From: Epithemia pelagica
Lineage: Eukaryota > Protista > Bacillariophyta
Reading direction: 5' to 3'
Length of the DNA stretch: 64,000 nucleotides
Assembly: GCA_946965045.2 (NCBI GenBank)
Contig: OX337235.1
Coordinates: 1,922,001 to 1,986,000, forward strand
In this document: one piece after another, positions 51,664-62,179 of the stretch
Position numbering within the stretch: the stretch's first letter is position 1
Layout: each line of letters starts with the position of its first letter
Notes under the pieces: generated by a model
What the model was told of the DNA's origin: nothing
Database searches by the model: none
The model's input: the letters and a program-made list of their open reading frames with translations, nothing else
Translations under genes and position numbers: made by a program

Positions 51664-51938
51664 AATTTGAAGGCAAAACTTTTGATTATTTCGCGTTGAG
51701 AGAGGATCGAGCCATGGTTTTCTTCTTTCTTCTTATTGAGGAGGCGGTTTTGCCGACGGTTCTCCTCAGCGTCCTTTCCGATCAAATCAATCCACCATTA
51801 TGAAGTGACAGGCAGCAGATTTCGTCCCTGTCGTGTCCGTTTTTGCGTCCACCATCTCTTGACCGTATACTACTAGGTAGATACACGCAAAGCACTTTGG
51901 GGGAGTGAGTGAACGCATCACAAACTCAAAGTGAGAAT

Positions 51939-53759
51939 ATGGGAGGAACTTCTACCCACAACCGGCAAAGGCGGGGACCTCCTTCTTTTTCTTCTTTCCC
52001 TTCGCACAATGTATCTCAGGAGATTCCGATGCAGGCAGCTCCAGAGTCGTATGACGTCTCTTCGTTTGCACACGAAACCAAAATGCTCCCCAAGCATCGC
52101 TTTTTGCGACACACAAAGAAACAAGACTCCTCAAAAGACAATGGTTCTGGTCGCAGTCGACAAGGAACGTGCCGTTCTGTGCATGGATGGATTCAATGTG
52201 CACTTTTGACCTCCATCCTGTTTGTGGTGTGGAGCCGAATGTTCTCGTTTCGTCAACGTCGCCAGTTTCAAAACAAATTGGATCTTCTTGCGAATGGATC
52301 ACCTGATGGGGTGAAGCAGGGTTTCTCTTCATCCTCTTCGTTTACTTCCCCGACTACTACGCATTCACCTGGGTTGGGGGGAGATCGTCAGCGGGAACCA
52401 GATGCTCGTGCTGCTTCACCCTCCCCCAGACCATTGCACCAACGATGGTTAGCCAAAACAAAAAATGGGGAGGCGGATACAGAATTTGTCTTGGAGGACC
52501 GCTCGATCAACCAACCAGTAACGACGGCATCAAATGGAAGGGCAGAAGCGACATATGTCAATCATGTCTTGTCGTCGCACAATCCTCCCATGCTGGAAGA
52601 CAGTATTCTCTTACCGGAACAAGGTTCCTGTGCCGTGGCCCGTCAGGCCGAGCCCTGGCACACTGATTTGCCTTCTGATCGAACCCAACGACCCTCTATT
52701 GCGCTACAGGTCAATCCTGACTGCCCATTTGCTTCATCCCTGTGGAGATCCATTCCATACTCCAACCAGACTATCGCTCACCATTCTACGGATCCTCAAA
52801 TGACCTTGGTGCTCTTTTACTATCAAGACATGGCCTTGTTCTCTCGTCACTTGCATGCCTGGGCCATGTGGCCTGATACACTTTTGGAACGCTATCGTTT
52901 TGTCGTGATTGACGATGGAAGTCCACTGGGATATCGAGCCCTGGATTTGATTCAGCACTACCAATCGGTGTACGACAAGTCGTCGTCCCCCTCCTCTTCT
53001 CCTGCTTTTCGTGAATACCCTGCCTTGGATCGTGTTTTGCAATCCATTGTGTGGAACGCTACTCGTTTCACACTGTACCAAGTAGAAGAAGATATACCCT
53101 TCAACATGGGTGGAGTCCGGAATTTGGCCCATGTCGTGGCTCCCACCGAATGGGTCCTGGCCACGGACGCCGATGTGTACATCAATGCCACAGTGGCATC
53201 CTATTTGTGGCGCAAGGTACGGCAACAGCATGCTGCTACTACGGCGCTTCACAATTCTGTCAAGCCGAAACGACAGCAGCGATACGCCAAGGAAGAGGAC
53301 CGTATCGTATTCAAGTTTTTGAATCAACTCATGCCCGATCGTGTTACCTTGGCTCCTCATCCTTCAGTAATGCTCTCCACTAAAAAGGCCTACTGGACCG
53401 TGGGTGGTTGCGACGAAGATTTGGTCGGTCAGTATGGACAAACCGATATTCTCTTCTTGTGGAAGGCGGATCGTGATGCTACCGTGACCGTTGTCAACGT
53501 CTACCAGGAAATGCAAGACGGCTGCCTCTATGTCCAAAAATGGTGGAAACGCGAATCGCAACACTGTCTAGGACCCTGTCCTCCAAGTGCACCAAACCAT
53601 TACAACAAGGCAACCCAACAGACTGCGGCGTGGCATCGCAAAAAACGTTCCCGCATTCTCAAATACAATATGGAAATTTTTCGACAAAAGAAACGACGGG
53701 AGATACCCTTTTCCAATACCTTTTTGCGGTTTCAATGGCACGTCGTAACGTTTCCATAG
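51939..53759 (+). CDS. Type II membrane GT-A fold glycosyltransferase (GT2/GT7-like)
   Basis: N-terminal TM; VVIDDGS, FNMGGVRN, DADV (DxD), VGGCDEDLVGQYGQTD. Confidence 0.85.
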   Translation: MGGTSTHNRQRRGPPSFSSFPSHNVSQEIPMQAAPESYDVSSFAHETKMLPKHRFLRHTKKQDSSKDNGSGRSRQGTCRSVHGWIQCALLTSILFVVWSRMFSFRQRRQFQNKLDLLANGSPDGVKQGFSSSSSFTSPTTTHSPGLGGDRQREPDARAASPSPRPLHQRWLAKTKNGEADTEFVLEDRSINQPVTTASNGRAEATYVNHVLSSHNPPMLEDSILLPEQGSCAVARQAEPWHTDLPSDRTQRPSIALQVNPDCPFASSLWRSIPYSNQTIAHHSTDPQMTLVLFYYQDMALFSRHLHAWAMWPDTLLERYRFVVIDDGSPLGYRALDLIQHYQSVYDKSSSPSSSPAFREYPALDRVLQSIVWNATRFTLYQVEEDIPFNMGGVRNLAHVVAPTEWVLATDADVYINATVASYLWRKVRQQHAATTALHNSVKPKRQQRYAKEEDRIVFKFLNQLMPDRVTLAPHPSVMLSTKKAYWTVGGCDEDLVGQYGQTDILFLWKADRDATVTVVNVYQEMQDGCLYVQKWWKRESQHCLGPCPPSAPNHYNKATQQTAAWHRKKRSRILKYNMEIFRQKKRREIPFSNTFLRFQWHVVTFP

Positions 53760-54472
53760 GGTATCTTGGTATCACAGTACTTGTCGCGATGGGCCCTCTT
53801 TTCTGTGCGGATCTGTTGTAGATGGTGTCCGTGGCGACCACGACAGCTGTGATTGCTCCAGAACCAAGAGTGTCTCTAAAATAACATCTTGTCCTTCTAC
53901 TGCTCCAGTTCCATTGTCGTCGTTTCCGATTGATGATGAGTTTTCCTAATCCCGAAAGTTTAGCTGATTGGACGAAAGTTTGTTGTCCCAATCTCGAGAC
54001 AAGGGGAAAGAACTTACGGACTGCTGTTTGGTTGTTTAGGTGCCTGTCTGGCGTTTTCGGTTGACCTGCGGGCGTTTTCTACGTCTCTCGATTCTGCGCG
54101 GGCTAAGTTAGCTTCAGATTGTCACATCAAGCACGTGCTTGTAGGTTGCCATGCGTGATGATTCACTTATCTCGTTCGCGACATAGAGCCTCATGGCTCG
54201 AGTTTTTCCCACCAATCACCAATCCGAGGACGTCGGCATTCCCAGACGCGTGCGTTAACATGACAATTTTGGCTGGGTCGGAATAGTTTCGTTCGACGAT
54301 ATTTGATCTCGAGTCTCGAGAAACTTCTCTCAACAAAAGCGGGGCCAAGGAAGCTCATAATAGCATCGATGCACATGCAACTCGAACGAGAACCAGGATC
54401 GAGACTCCGAACGTAACAACCACTCTCACCAGGACTGCTCTTCTCTGCATTCTACTTTGTCCTCCACCAATC

Positions 54473-57400
54473 ATGGAGTATGATTTCAATCCTTCCAAAA
54501 ATTGTTCCCACACTGTTTCGGAGACGACAACAACGACGACCAATGAATCATCCACGGCCACCTCGTCGTCGTCGTCCTGGTCTCCTAACAACCACAACCA
54601 CCATCTGTACCAGATTGGGTCGGCTGAAACAAGCCCGAGCGATCAACAATCGAACCAAGCGTCTTGGCAAACCGAGTTTGACGCAGGAGACTCGGCAGGT
54701 CGCCGATTGAACCCCTTGTCGCCACAGCATCACAACAACAACGAAACACTCGAAGACGACGATTCGTACTTTGGCTTCATGAAGGACGAGGCTACGTCCA
54801 AGGAGAGTTCGCCGCCGCCACACGACTTTTGGAAGGCTCGAGCACCGCGAACAACACGGCCACAATCCACACCCTTGACCCAAGCCAGTACTCCTTCGCC
54901 AACAATTCCAACACGGAGGGGGCCAAACAGCACTGAAGCTAGTAGCAGTTGTGCCACCACCAGCCCGGCATCCATTAGTCCGATTAGTACTCGTGCATCG
55001 CCCTCGAATAATTTATCACGCATCTACAACCGATATAGTACGACGCCATGGAGCAGCAGCAACCACGATGAATCCATGCTCTCGATTCAAGAAAATGCCG
55101 AGGCGCGGCCGATTCTATCCATGGATGAGGATTCTATATTACTTGCCGGAGCGGGTGAGGAGGACCCTCCCAACAATAGTACAGCGTCAGATTCCTTTGA
55201 CCAACACGGCAAGGGTCATGCTCGTATTCGTGCCACTCTGTTTCCCGATGAACCGATATCGGACGAACCAAAAGGCCAGTCAACCACTCAAACGGGTCAA
55301 AGAGGCACACCGGAAAAGTACATTATGAGTGATACCTCCATGCTACAAGACGAATCACTGACAAATTCGTCCTTTCTGGAAAACAGGACCTCCTTTCTGG
55401 CAAACACACCGGATTCAAGCTACATTGCAGATCCTGAGCCTCAGACTGGTAATCGCCTGTCTGCGGCAAACATTAGTGGCGAAGCAAACCAGGACGCATC
55501 TATTCTGGTGGGTTCTCATGATTCCTCATGTATGACCATGTCCAGTTTGGAAGCCACGACATCTTCTCATTTCATTCGTCCTTTCGACGAGAAAGAAGGA
55601 CAAGAAAGATTTGATCACCCCCACAGATACCCCGAACAGAATGTTCATCAGGTACAAGGTTGGCCACAGGACGCCCTCGTATCCAACCGCCGGAGGTCTC
55701 GTCATCATCTTTTGGAGCAACAACAGCAGTGCACCGAGACTCTTACCGTACCCATGGGAAAACAACACTTGTCTGCTTCGTCGGCTCGTTCTACGGTGCC
55801 ACTACGGAGAACACTGACGCCTTCCTCCATGACGACAGTGTCAGCGCCAACAACTAGGAGACTATCTTTAGTCCGCATCCTACTTTGGGTATGGACGTCC
55901 GTTGGACTAGTAAGTAGCATGGCGTTGATCCTGTACCAATCTACCTATTTGGATCAAGTCACGGTGGTGCACGATGGACAAATGATGCGGGGTGGCCCCC
56001 GACTGGTTTCATTGCCTTCCTATAGGAAAGAAGAACGGCACAGGGACGACAGTGTTTCGCGTGTGGCCTTTTCGGACAATACCATGCCCTTGGTTCAATT
56101 GACCCAAATATTGCCTCAGAAAGAGGGTGACTACCCGTCATCCTCGACGACAGACAGCAAGCTGACGTCGACATTCGAAATTGAACGTGACAACCAAAAC
56201 TCGAATGATCCAATGAATACGCCCCGTCATCCCATATCCGCACGGCTCAAACATGTTGTGCCTCCACCTCCGAATCAACAGTTTTCCCATCACAGGCGTC
56301 ACTCTTTGGAGACTGTGAACAAGTTTCCCTTGTTCCACCATGACCCCGCGCGGATTCCCATCCGAAACACTACTGTAGGGAAACACTCGAGCATGTTTGG
56401 TAGTTTGGGCATTTGGTCCAATCATGCGCGTAAACCAATTCGACACGACAAACCACGAGCTGTTTCATTGGATGGACGTTCCGTGTCCTTTTCGTCGTCG
56501 GTCGGGTATCCGCTGGTACGTCACAGCCCACTCGAGCTCTATCCCGCCCCGTATACGGACCAGACGCAATTGTACGGCGTTTTGGATTCCGATGATCCCA
56601 GAGTCCGGGAGACGATGGAACAACGCCAGCCGTTAGACAATGGCGAATGCGTTCACATGAAGGAGTGGCAAACAACATTTCATCCCTCTTGCAACGAAAT
56701 TCATTCAATGGGACTGGAACAGCTCGGTGACGCAACGTCTTCGGCCTATTTTCATTTATTTGGAACTCACGGCTTTTGGCGTAATGCGTGGAGGGTGGAC
56801 ATCTTGTCCTCATTGTCCAATACTACTTCGAACGATCCCGCGGCTGGCACAAAGTTTATCAACGATACCGTGGTTTTGAAAACGCTCAAAATCAACCACA
56901 ACTTTGAGGAAGCCCATTTTGAACACGATCGCGTCGATGCCGTGGCAATGGAACGACTCACAGCATCCAAACATGTCATTAACATTTTTGGGTTTTGTGG
57001 ACACTCGGTTGTCACAGAATATGCCACTGGTTATTCATTGGGCAAGTTGGCAGACAAAATGAAAAAGGTCCCATTGGCTCGTCTACGCATTGCTCGGAAC
57101 ATTGCGGAAGGACTTGCCGATGTACATGGCATTGATCCAGACCTGACAACAACAAATGATAATCCTGATAGCAACTCCTCAACTTCGTCTGTGGCATCGT
57201 TGGTTCACTTGGATATCAACCCCGCAAATGTGATTAGTGTGGGAGGCACACTGAAGCTCAATGACTTTAATATTGGCATTTTGCAGAGATGGAATGTTTC
57301 TTCCATCAATGGCACGCAGAAAACACCCTGTGGCTTTCCAGCCCAGTTTCCCAACCCTCAATGGCGGTCACCCGAGGAGGCCCGAAACGAACAGAATTTG

Positions 57401-57739
57401 ACTGAAAAGGTAGACGTGTTTTCGTTGGGTCACATTTTCTTTCGTCTCATTTGTGGTCATGAACCATGGAACAAACTGGAACCGGGAGGGAAACCGAGCA
57501 AGACGGATATGTCTCTTGCCGTGCAGCAAGGGAAACTTCCCACCATTCCCCAAGAAATTATGGATTCGACCAATGAAGAGATTGTGGCCATTCGACAAGC
57601 CATGCTAGCTTGCTATGCGGTAGACCCTCGAAAACGACCCAGTGCACAACAAATTACGAATCAACTTCAAAACGAGCTGAATCGGCTTGAACAAAAACAA
57701 CAGGAACAAGAAAGGAAGGCGAGAAAGGAGAATCGGTAG
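54473..57739 (+). CDS. Single-TM protein kinase-like protein, kinase domain C-terminal to the TM
   Basis: TM ILLWVWTSVGLVSSMALIL; kinase motifs VVLKTLK, VHLDINPAN, LNDFNIG, WRSPEE, DVFSLG. Confidence 0.9.
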   Translation: MEYDFNPSKNCSHTVSETTTTTTNESSTATSSSSSWSPNNHNHHLYQIGSAETSPSDQQSNQASWQTEFDAGDSAGRRLNPLSPQHHNNNETLEDDDSYFGFMKDEATSKESSPPPHDFWKARAPRTTRPQSTPLTQASTPSPTIPTRRGPNSTEASSSCATTSPASISPISTRASPSNNLSRIYNRYSTTPWSSSNHDESMLSIQENAEARPILSMDEDSILLAGAGEEDPPNNSTASDSFDQHGKGHARIRATLFPDEPISDEPKGQSTTQTGQRGTPEKYIMSDTSMLQDESLTNSSFLENRTSFLANTPDSSYIADPEPQTGNRLSAANISGEANQDASILVGSHDSSCMTMSSLEATTSSHFIRPFDEKEGQERFDHPHRYPEQNVHQVQGWPQDALVSNRRRSRHHLLEQQQQCTETLTVPMGKQHLSASSARSTVPLRRTLTPSSMTTVSAPTTRRLSLVRILLWVWTSVGLVSSMALILYQSTYLDQVTVVHDGQMMRGGPRLVSLPSYRKEERHRDDSVSRVAFSDNTMPLVQLTQILPQKEGDYPSSSTTDSKLTSTFEIERDNQNSNDPMNTPRHPISARLKHVVPPPPNQQFSHHRRHSLETVNKFPLFHHDPARIPIRNTTVGKHSSMFGSLGIWSNHARKPIRHDKPRAVSLDGRSVSFSSSVGYPLVRHSPLELYPAPYTDQTQLYGVLDSDDPRVRETMEQRQPLDNGECVHMKEWQTTFHPSCNEIHSMGLEQLGDATSSAYFHLFGTHGFWRNAWRVDILSSLSNTTSNDPAAGTKFINDTVVLKTLKINHNFEEAHFEHDRVDAVAMERLTASKHVINIFGFCGHSVVTEYATGYSLGKLADKMKKVPLARLRIARNIAEGLADVHGIDPDLTTTNDNPDSNSSTSSVASLVHLDINPANVISVGGTLKLNDFNIGILQRWNVSSINGTQKTPCGFPAQFPNPQWRSPEEARNEQNLTEKVDVFSLGHIFFRLICGHEPWNKLEPGGKPSKTDMSLAVQQGKLPTIPQEIMDSTNEEIVAIRQAMLACYAVDPRKRPSAQQITNQLQNELNRLEQKQQEQERKARKENR

Positions 57740-58106
57740 ACTAAAAAAGGCCGTGTCTCTGGCAATCGAATTGTGACATATTTACTCCTCTCTACTCCTA
57801 GTAGCCACGGAAGTAAGGCTACAATAGTGAGATAGTCTAGTCTACTCTATGAGATAAAGGTCATAGCCACCATTTGGTGGGGCACGTCCTTCCCCCTCTT
57901 TACCCCACATTTGCCCCTGATGCCATCAACTCTCCCATCAAAGATCCATCACCATCAGAAAAAAGATCTAACCACTAAAATAATCGAGGTGCCGACTGCC
58001 GACTAACAAAGCAACCAAAAAGTGTTGGCAGCGCGACCACAAAGTCAAGACAAAAAAGGCTCCAGTGTTTTTGCTTAACAGGTAGATAGGCGCAACTGTG
58101 ACAACA

Positions 58107-60488
58107 ATGAAAGTGTTGCTGTGGGGTCAATTCACCAGACGACGACGCTTCTTGTCGTTGCCACTCAGGCGAGATCCATCATCATCGTCGTCGTCGTTGG
58201 GGATCACTGGTGCTGACTTTGTTTCGAGCGTACGAGGAAAAAGTATGGTTATTCGAAGCTGTGCCTCCATTCAAAATGAAGTGCCAAACCTAGAGACTTC
58301 GCTTGGAAGAAGGAAGCAAACGACGACAAGAACAAGGACCCTCGTCATCGATTGTCCAAAACGTATTAACAGAAGAAGTAAAAATGATTCGGAGATTGAT
58401 TTTTCCCATCCTCCCAGGAGAATACCAGCGTTGTTATCATCTCGATCGATGTCCTCAAACGCCAGCCACTCTTGGCCACCACAACATAGACCAAAAGACC
58501 CACTGCCGCATCCTCGTTATACGCAACTGCGTTGGTTGTCGTCCCGACAACAACGACCAGCTTCTACAGAAGCGTCTGCAGAACGAGAACAGGACAATTC
58601 GCAGCAGCAGCAACAACAACAACAACAAGAATGGTGGGAAGGTTCAAATGAACAGGAAGAAGGACAGATTGAGCTTCGTTGCAATGTATTTGCCATGGGT
58701 GAAAATTGGACGGGTGCCTTTGGAACAGGCAAGTTAGATCAAGTCGTACGAGGTCACCTGGATGAGACAGACGACGTTGCAGCACCCTTATCTGTTTTTG
58801 ACGGAACCCTGACGGCATCCGTCGACGAGTCGTCCATGGATTCGGTCTCCCCCTCGTATACTAGTTCAGCCTTGGTCGATTTACCGTCCATCAGTGCAGG
58901 GTGGGGTCATTCGGCCATTTGCGCAGGCGATCAGTTGCTTTTGGCCGGACAACCACACGATTGGTACAAATTGCTACGATACAAACGAATACCTCCCTTT
59001 TTGGCAAAGTTGGCGACTCGCTTCGAGGCCATTCCTAAAACTACCATTGGACAAGCCTTGAGTCGAATAATGCGCAACGAAAATGAACGAGAAAACTTTG
59101 AAAAACAAATTAACCAAGAAATGTTGCCTGTGCCCTTGGCACAAGCGCGAGAAAATGTACCAATGGAAGTACAAAAGGTTGACGATACACGAGACCGATG
59201 GCACTTAGCCGAGTACTATTCCTTTATGTATGATTGGACCAACATGCCCTTGCCAGAACCACCCGTTAAGGTTCAATGCAGTGCCGGCTTGTCCGGCGTT
59301 TTGGGTATATCGGGACGACTCTATGGATTTGGGCAGAATCATTGGGGACAGTGTGGTACGGGGATATTAACAGCCTCAAATATCTGGGTTCCCGAATATC
59401 CTGTCGTCAAATCCATTGCCGACGATGTCGTGGATGACTTTCACTTGAGATTGGGTGATGGAACTTCGTACAACCCCAACAACAACATGGCACTACCGTT
59501 AGTTGTCAAGGCAGAAGAAGAGTATGAACACGACGATCCCTACGATGTTTTGTTCTTGATTGATTTTGCTCTGGGATTACAGCATGGCATCGGATTGGAT
59601 GCTGCTGGTCGAGTGTATTGTTGGGGCAAGGCCAAGAATGGACAGTTGGGGCAGTTTCAAATATGGGACGATTCGGCAGCTGCCCTCAGAGTCTCGAAAT
59701 ACGCTACCTTGACGGATTATACCATTGCCAGACCAACCTACCACCCACTGGAACCGGTACAACAAGTAGCGGCGGGCATGTTGCATTGTGCAGCCTTGTC
59801 CACCGAAAATCAAGTTTATGTCTGGGGCAAAAACGTATTGCCGCCGCTACCAAGGCAACGAGAAAAGGGTATTCCAGCCTCGGATAGCAAAGTTCCCTTT
59901 CAGATACCGCGAGAAACCTTACCCGATCGACCCATTGTACAAATTGCCTGTGGATCTCATCACACAGCCATGTTGTTTGACGATGGCTCTGTCTATGCCG
60001 TAGGTATTACGACCGACACGAGACGTCCAATTGGTTTGGATACCAAAAATGGCATGGGACCAGTCCAACTATTCCCACCCGGTTCAGTGGACGGGGTCCG
60101 ATATTTTACGGCTGATATGGATCGTACTACTCTTATTGGGGAATCCGGTCGTCAACTACTGCAAGCACAATTGTGGCACAATCCTGAACTGCAACGGCAA
60201 GCCATATTTACACCCACATGGGTGGATAGCTTGTTACAGGAACATCCCCACACGCACATTGAAGAAATTCATCGTAGTTGGGTCCACTCCTTGGTTCTCA
60301 CCACAACACCACTCTCACCATATTCCTATCCCTATAGCTCGGAAACAGAAGAATCGTCCTCCGAGGACGAAGCAGAATCCAGCAAGGGGCAAGAAAGGGT
60401 TCGCTCCACACCGCCATCTCCATCCAATCAGGACGAACCAGCTTCGGAGCCACCAAACAAGCCACAAGAACCGTCTGAAAAGCAATGA
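58107..60488 (+). CDS. RCC1/BLIP-II repeat protein with a possible organellar targeting peptide (start uncertain)
   Basis: ISAGWGHS, GRLYGFGQNHWGQCG, ALGLQHG...GRVYCWGKAKNGQLG, VAAGMLHC, IACGSHHT; R/S-rich N-terminus; polyQ from a CAA/CAG run. Confidence 0.88.
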   Translation: MKVLLWGQFTRRRRFLSLPLRRDPSSSSSSLGITGADFVSSVRGKSMVIRSCASIQNEVPNLETSLGRRKQTTTRTRTLVIDCPKRINRRSKNDSEIDFSHPPRRIPALLSSRSMSSNASHSWPPQHRPKDPLPHPRYTQLRWLSSRQQRPASTEASAEREQDNSQQQQQQQQQEWWEGSNEQEEGQIELRCNVFAMGENWTGAFGTGKLDQVVRGHLDETDDVAAPLSVFDGTLTASVDESSMDSVSPSYTSSALVDLPSISAGWGHSAICAGDQLLLAGQPHDWYKLLRYKRIPPFLAKLATRFEAIPKTTIGQALSRIMRNENERENFEKQINQEMLPVPLAQARENVPMEVQKVDDTRDRWHLAEYYSFMYDWTNMPLPEPPVKVQCSAGLSGVLGISGRLYGFGQNHWGQCGTGILTASNIWVPEYPVVKSIADDVVDDFHLRLGDGTSYNPNNNMALPLVVKAEEEYEHDDPYDVLFLIDFALGLQHGIGLDAAGRVYCWGKAKNGQLGQFQIWDDSAAALRVSKYATLTDYTIARPTYHPLEPVQQVAAGMLHCAALSTENQVYVWGKNVLPPLPRQREKGIPASDSKVPFQIPRETLPDRPIVQIACGSHHTAMLFDDGSVYAVGITTDTRRPIGLDTKNGMGPVQLFPPGSVDGVRYFTADMDRTTLIGESGRQLLQAQLWHNPELQRQAIFTPTWVDSLLQEHPHTHIEEIHRSWVHSLVLTTTPLSPYSYPYSSETEESSSEDEAESSKGQERVRSTPPSPSNQDEPASEPPNKPQEPSEKQ

Positions 60489-60945
60489 CAGATGTTAGAG
60501 CAGCCTAATGCTGTTACCAATTGTTGCACAACGACACTATGTCGAGTAGTATATCTACCATAATAGAATCATACAATGCAAAGGAACGTGTCCGAATCGT
60601 TCTGTTGTTCTAGATGGTAAAATCATCCTGCTGGCTGTCAACAAAGATGAGTGGGCTAGATGTCAACCTGACAACAAAACCTCATTTTGGTTTTACAAGA
60701 ACAGCCGTTGTACGAGAAACCACCATACTACTTGGTCGCCACTCATGTCAAAGCTATTGACACAAGACGAAAGGGATAATTGAAACTCGTCTGTTTCACC
60801 TTGACTTGTGCATTGATGCACAAGTCTTGACCACCCCTCTCTCTAAAAAGACATGCCATCTTTTTAACATGGTGTCGCGCAAACTAACGCCATTGGCAGA
60901 TACGCGCAAGGCAATAAAGCTCACTGCTTGGACCATGGTTGGTCT

Positions 60946-62100
60946 CTAGGCGTACGATTCGTCGCATATCCGATTGCTGGTTTTGATTTTAGTTTTACCT
61001 TGTGGTGGTGGCATCCAAAATCGTTCATGTGGCCTGTTGGTTTGTTGTCGAAGCATTTGTTCCACCAAGGTAACAATTCGTTGTTTGCTGGATGGTTGTT
61101 GAAAAATATGAACATCCTGCAGCATCTCATATCCAATCACTGGTGGAGAAGACTGATTTGAGTGTGTAGCGGAATGATGAGAATGCTGTTGCCATCGTTC
61201 GGGATGAGGGCAAATACTGGAATCCTCACTGGCATGAACCACGTAAATGAGTGGATGATTCGGCATGGTCACGGCAGAAGAAAAAGCAGCATCCAAACTC
61301 GAGTCGTCGGTCCTGTTTGGAGTCGGAAAGGACAAGCTAAGGACTGGATCAGACTGCCATGCCACTTGAGCGACAAGGGTATTGGCAGGTGCCAAGAGCA
61401 AGACACGAATGGGACGACCATTATGATGATCGTCCTTATTGTTGCTATTGTTGTTGTTCTTGTTGTGGACTGGTCCTAGATATCCCGCAGCAATCATATC
61501 CACCACAACGGCACCACCCCAGCTAAAGGCCACCACGATCGATACATTGTGTTGTCGGAGATATTGTTGGCAAATTTTCATTCCTTCCAGTTTCGAGGAT
61601 CGGACCACCACCACAACCATGACTCGTATCGACACCAGGACAACCACAGCATGCAAGGCAACCTCCAGCCAACCGACTAGAAAGGGAGGGCCTTCCGTGT
61701 CCACCACCTCGTGATCATTTTTACTGTGGTTCAACCACCACAAATGAGGCCACTGAGCTTGGAGGCGAGGCCGCGACAGGTACCACACATATGCGACAAA
61801 GACAGAAAATAGTATCAGAAATGGAACATTCCAGCACCAGCAACCAAACAAGGGTGGCATGGGAATGCGTGGCTGGACGATGTGTACCTTGTTTCCTCGT
61901 CGAAGTCCAGCTCGCAAGGAGATCAATGGGCCCAGAGACCATCCTTCCACTAGCATGACAACCGGTTGTTCTTCTTCCATACCGTCGTTGTTGACATTCT
62001 GGAACCTTCTTGCTTCAATCCAACGACGACTGGTACCCCTTTCTGGATGGGGAAGAGACAAGGTTGTACGTGTGCGGGCTGGTAAATGAGGAAGAGTCAT
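60946..62100 (-). CDS. Membrane-associated alpha/beta-hydrolase-like protein (start 62100 or 61980)
   Basis: VVAFSWGG nucleophile elbow, VLLLAPA, VVHASED and C-terminal DVH, with inserted hydrophobic segments. Confidence 0.65.
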   Translation of the reverse strand: MTLPHLPARTRTTLSLPHPERGTSRRWIEARRFQNVNNDGMEEEQPVVMLVEGWSLGPLISLRAGLRRGNKVHIVQPRIPMPPLFGCWCWNVPFLILFSVFVAYVWYLSRPRLQAQWPHLWWLNHSKNDHEVVDTEGPPFLVGWLEVALHAVVVLVSIRVMVVVVVRSSKLEGMKICQQYLRQHNVSIVVAFSWGGAVVVDMIAAGYLGPVHNKNNNNSNNKDDHHNGRPIRVLLLAPANTLVAQVAWQSDPVLSLSFPTPNRTDDSSLDAAFSSAVTMPNHPLIYVVHASEDSSICPHPERWQQHSHHSATHSNQSSPPVIGYEMLQDVHIFQQPSSKQRIVTLVEQMLRQQTNRPHERFWMPPPQGKTKIKTSNRICDESYA

Positions 62101-62179
62101 ACAGTGCCTACTTTTGTGTTCACCGATCCTTTATTGTCGCCTTTCAGGAGACATGGTCCGAAGTCCGAACGGTCTCTTG

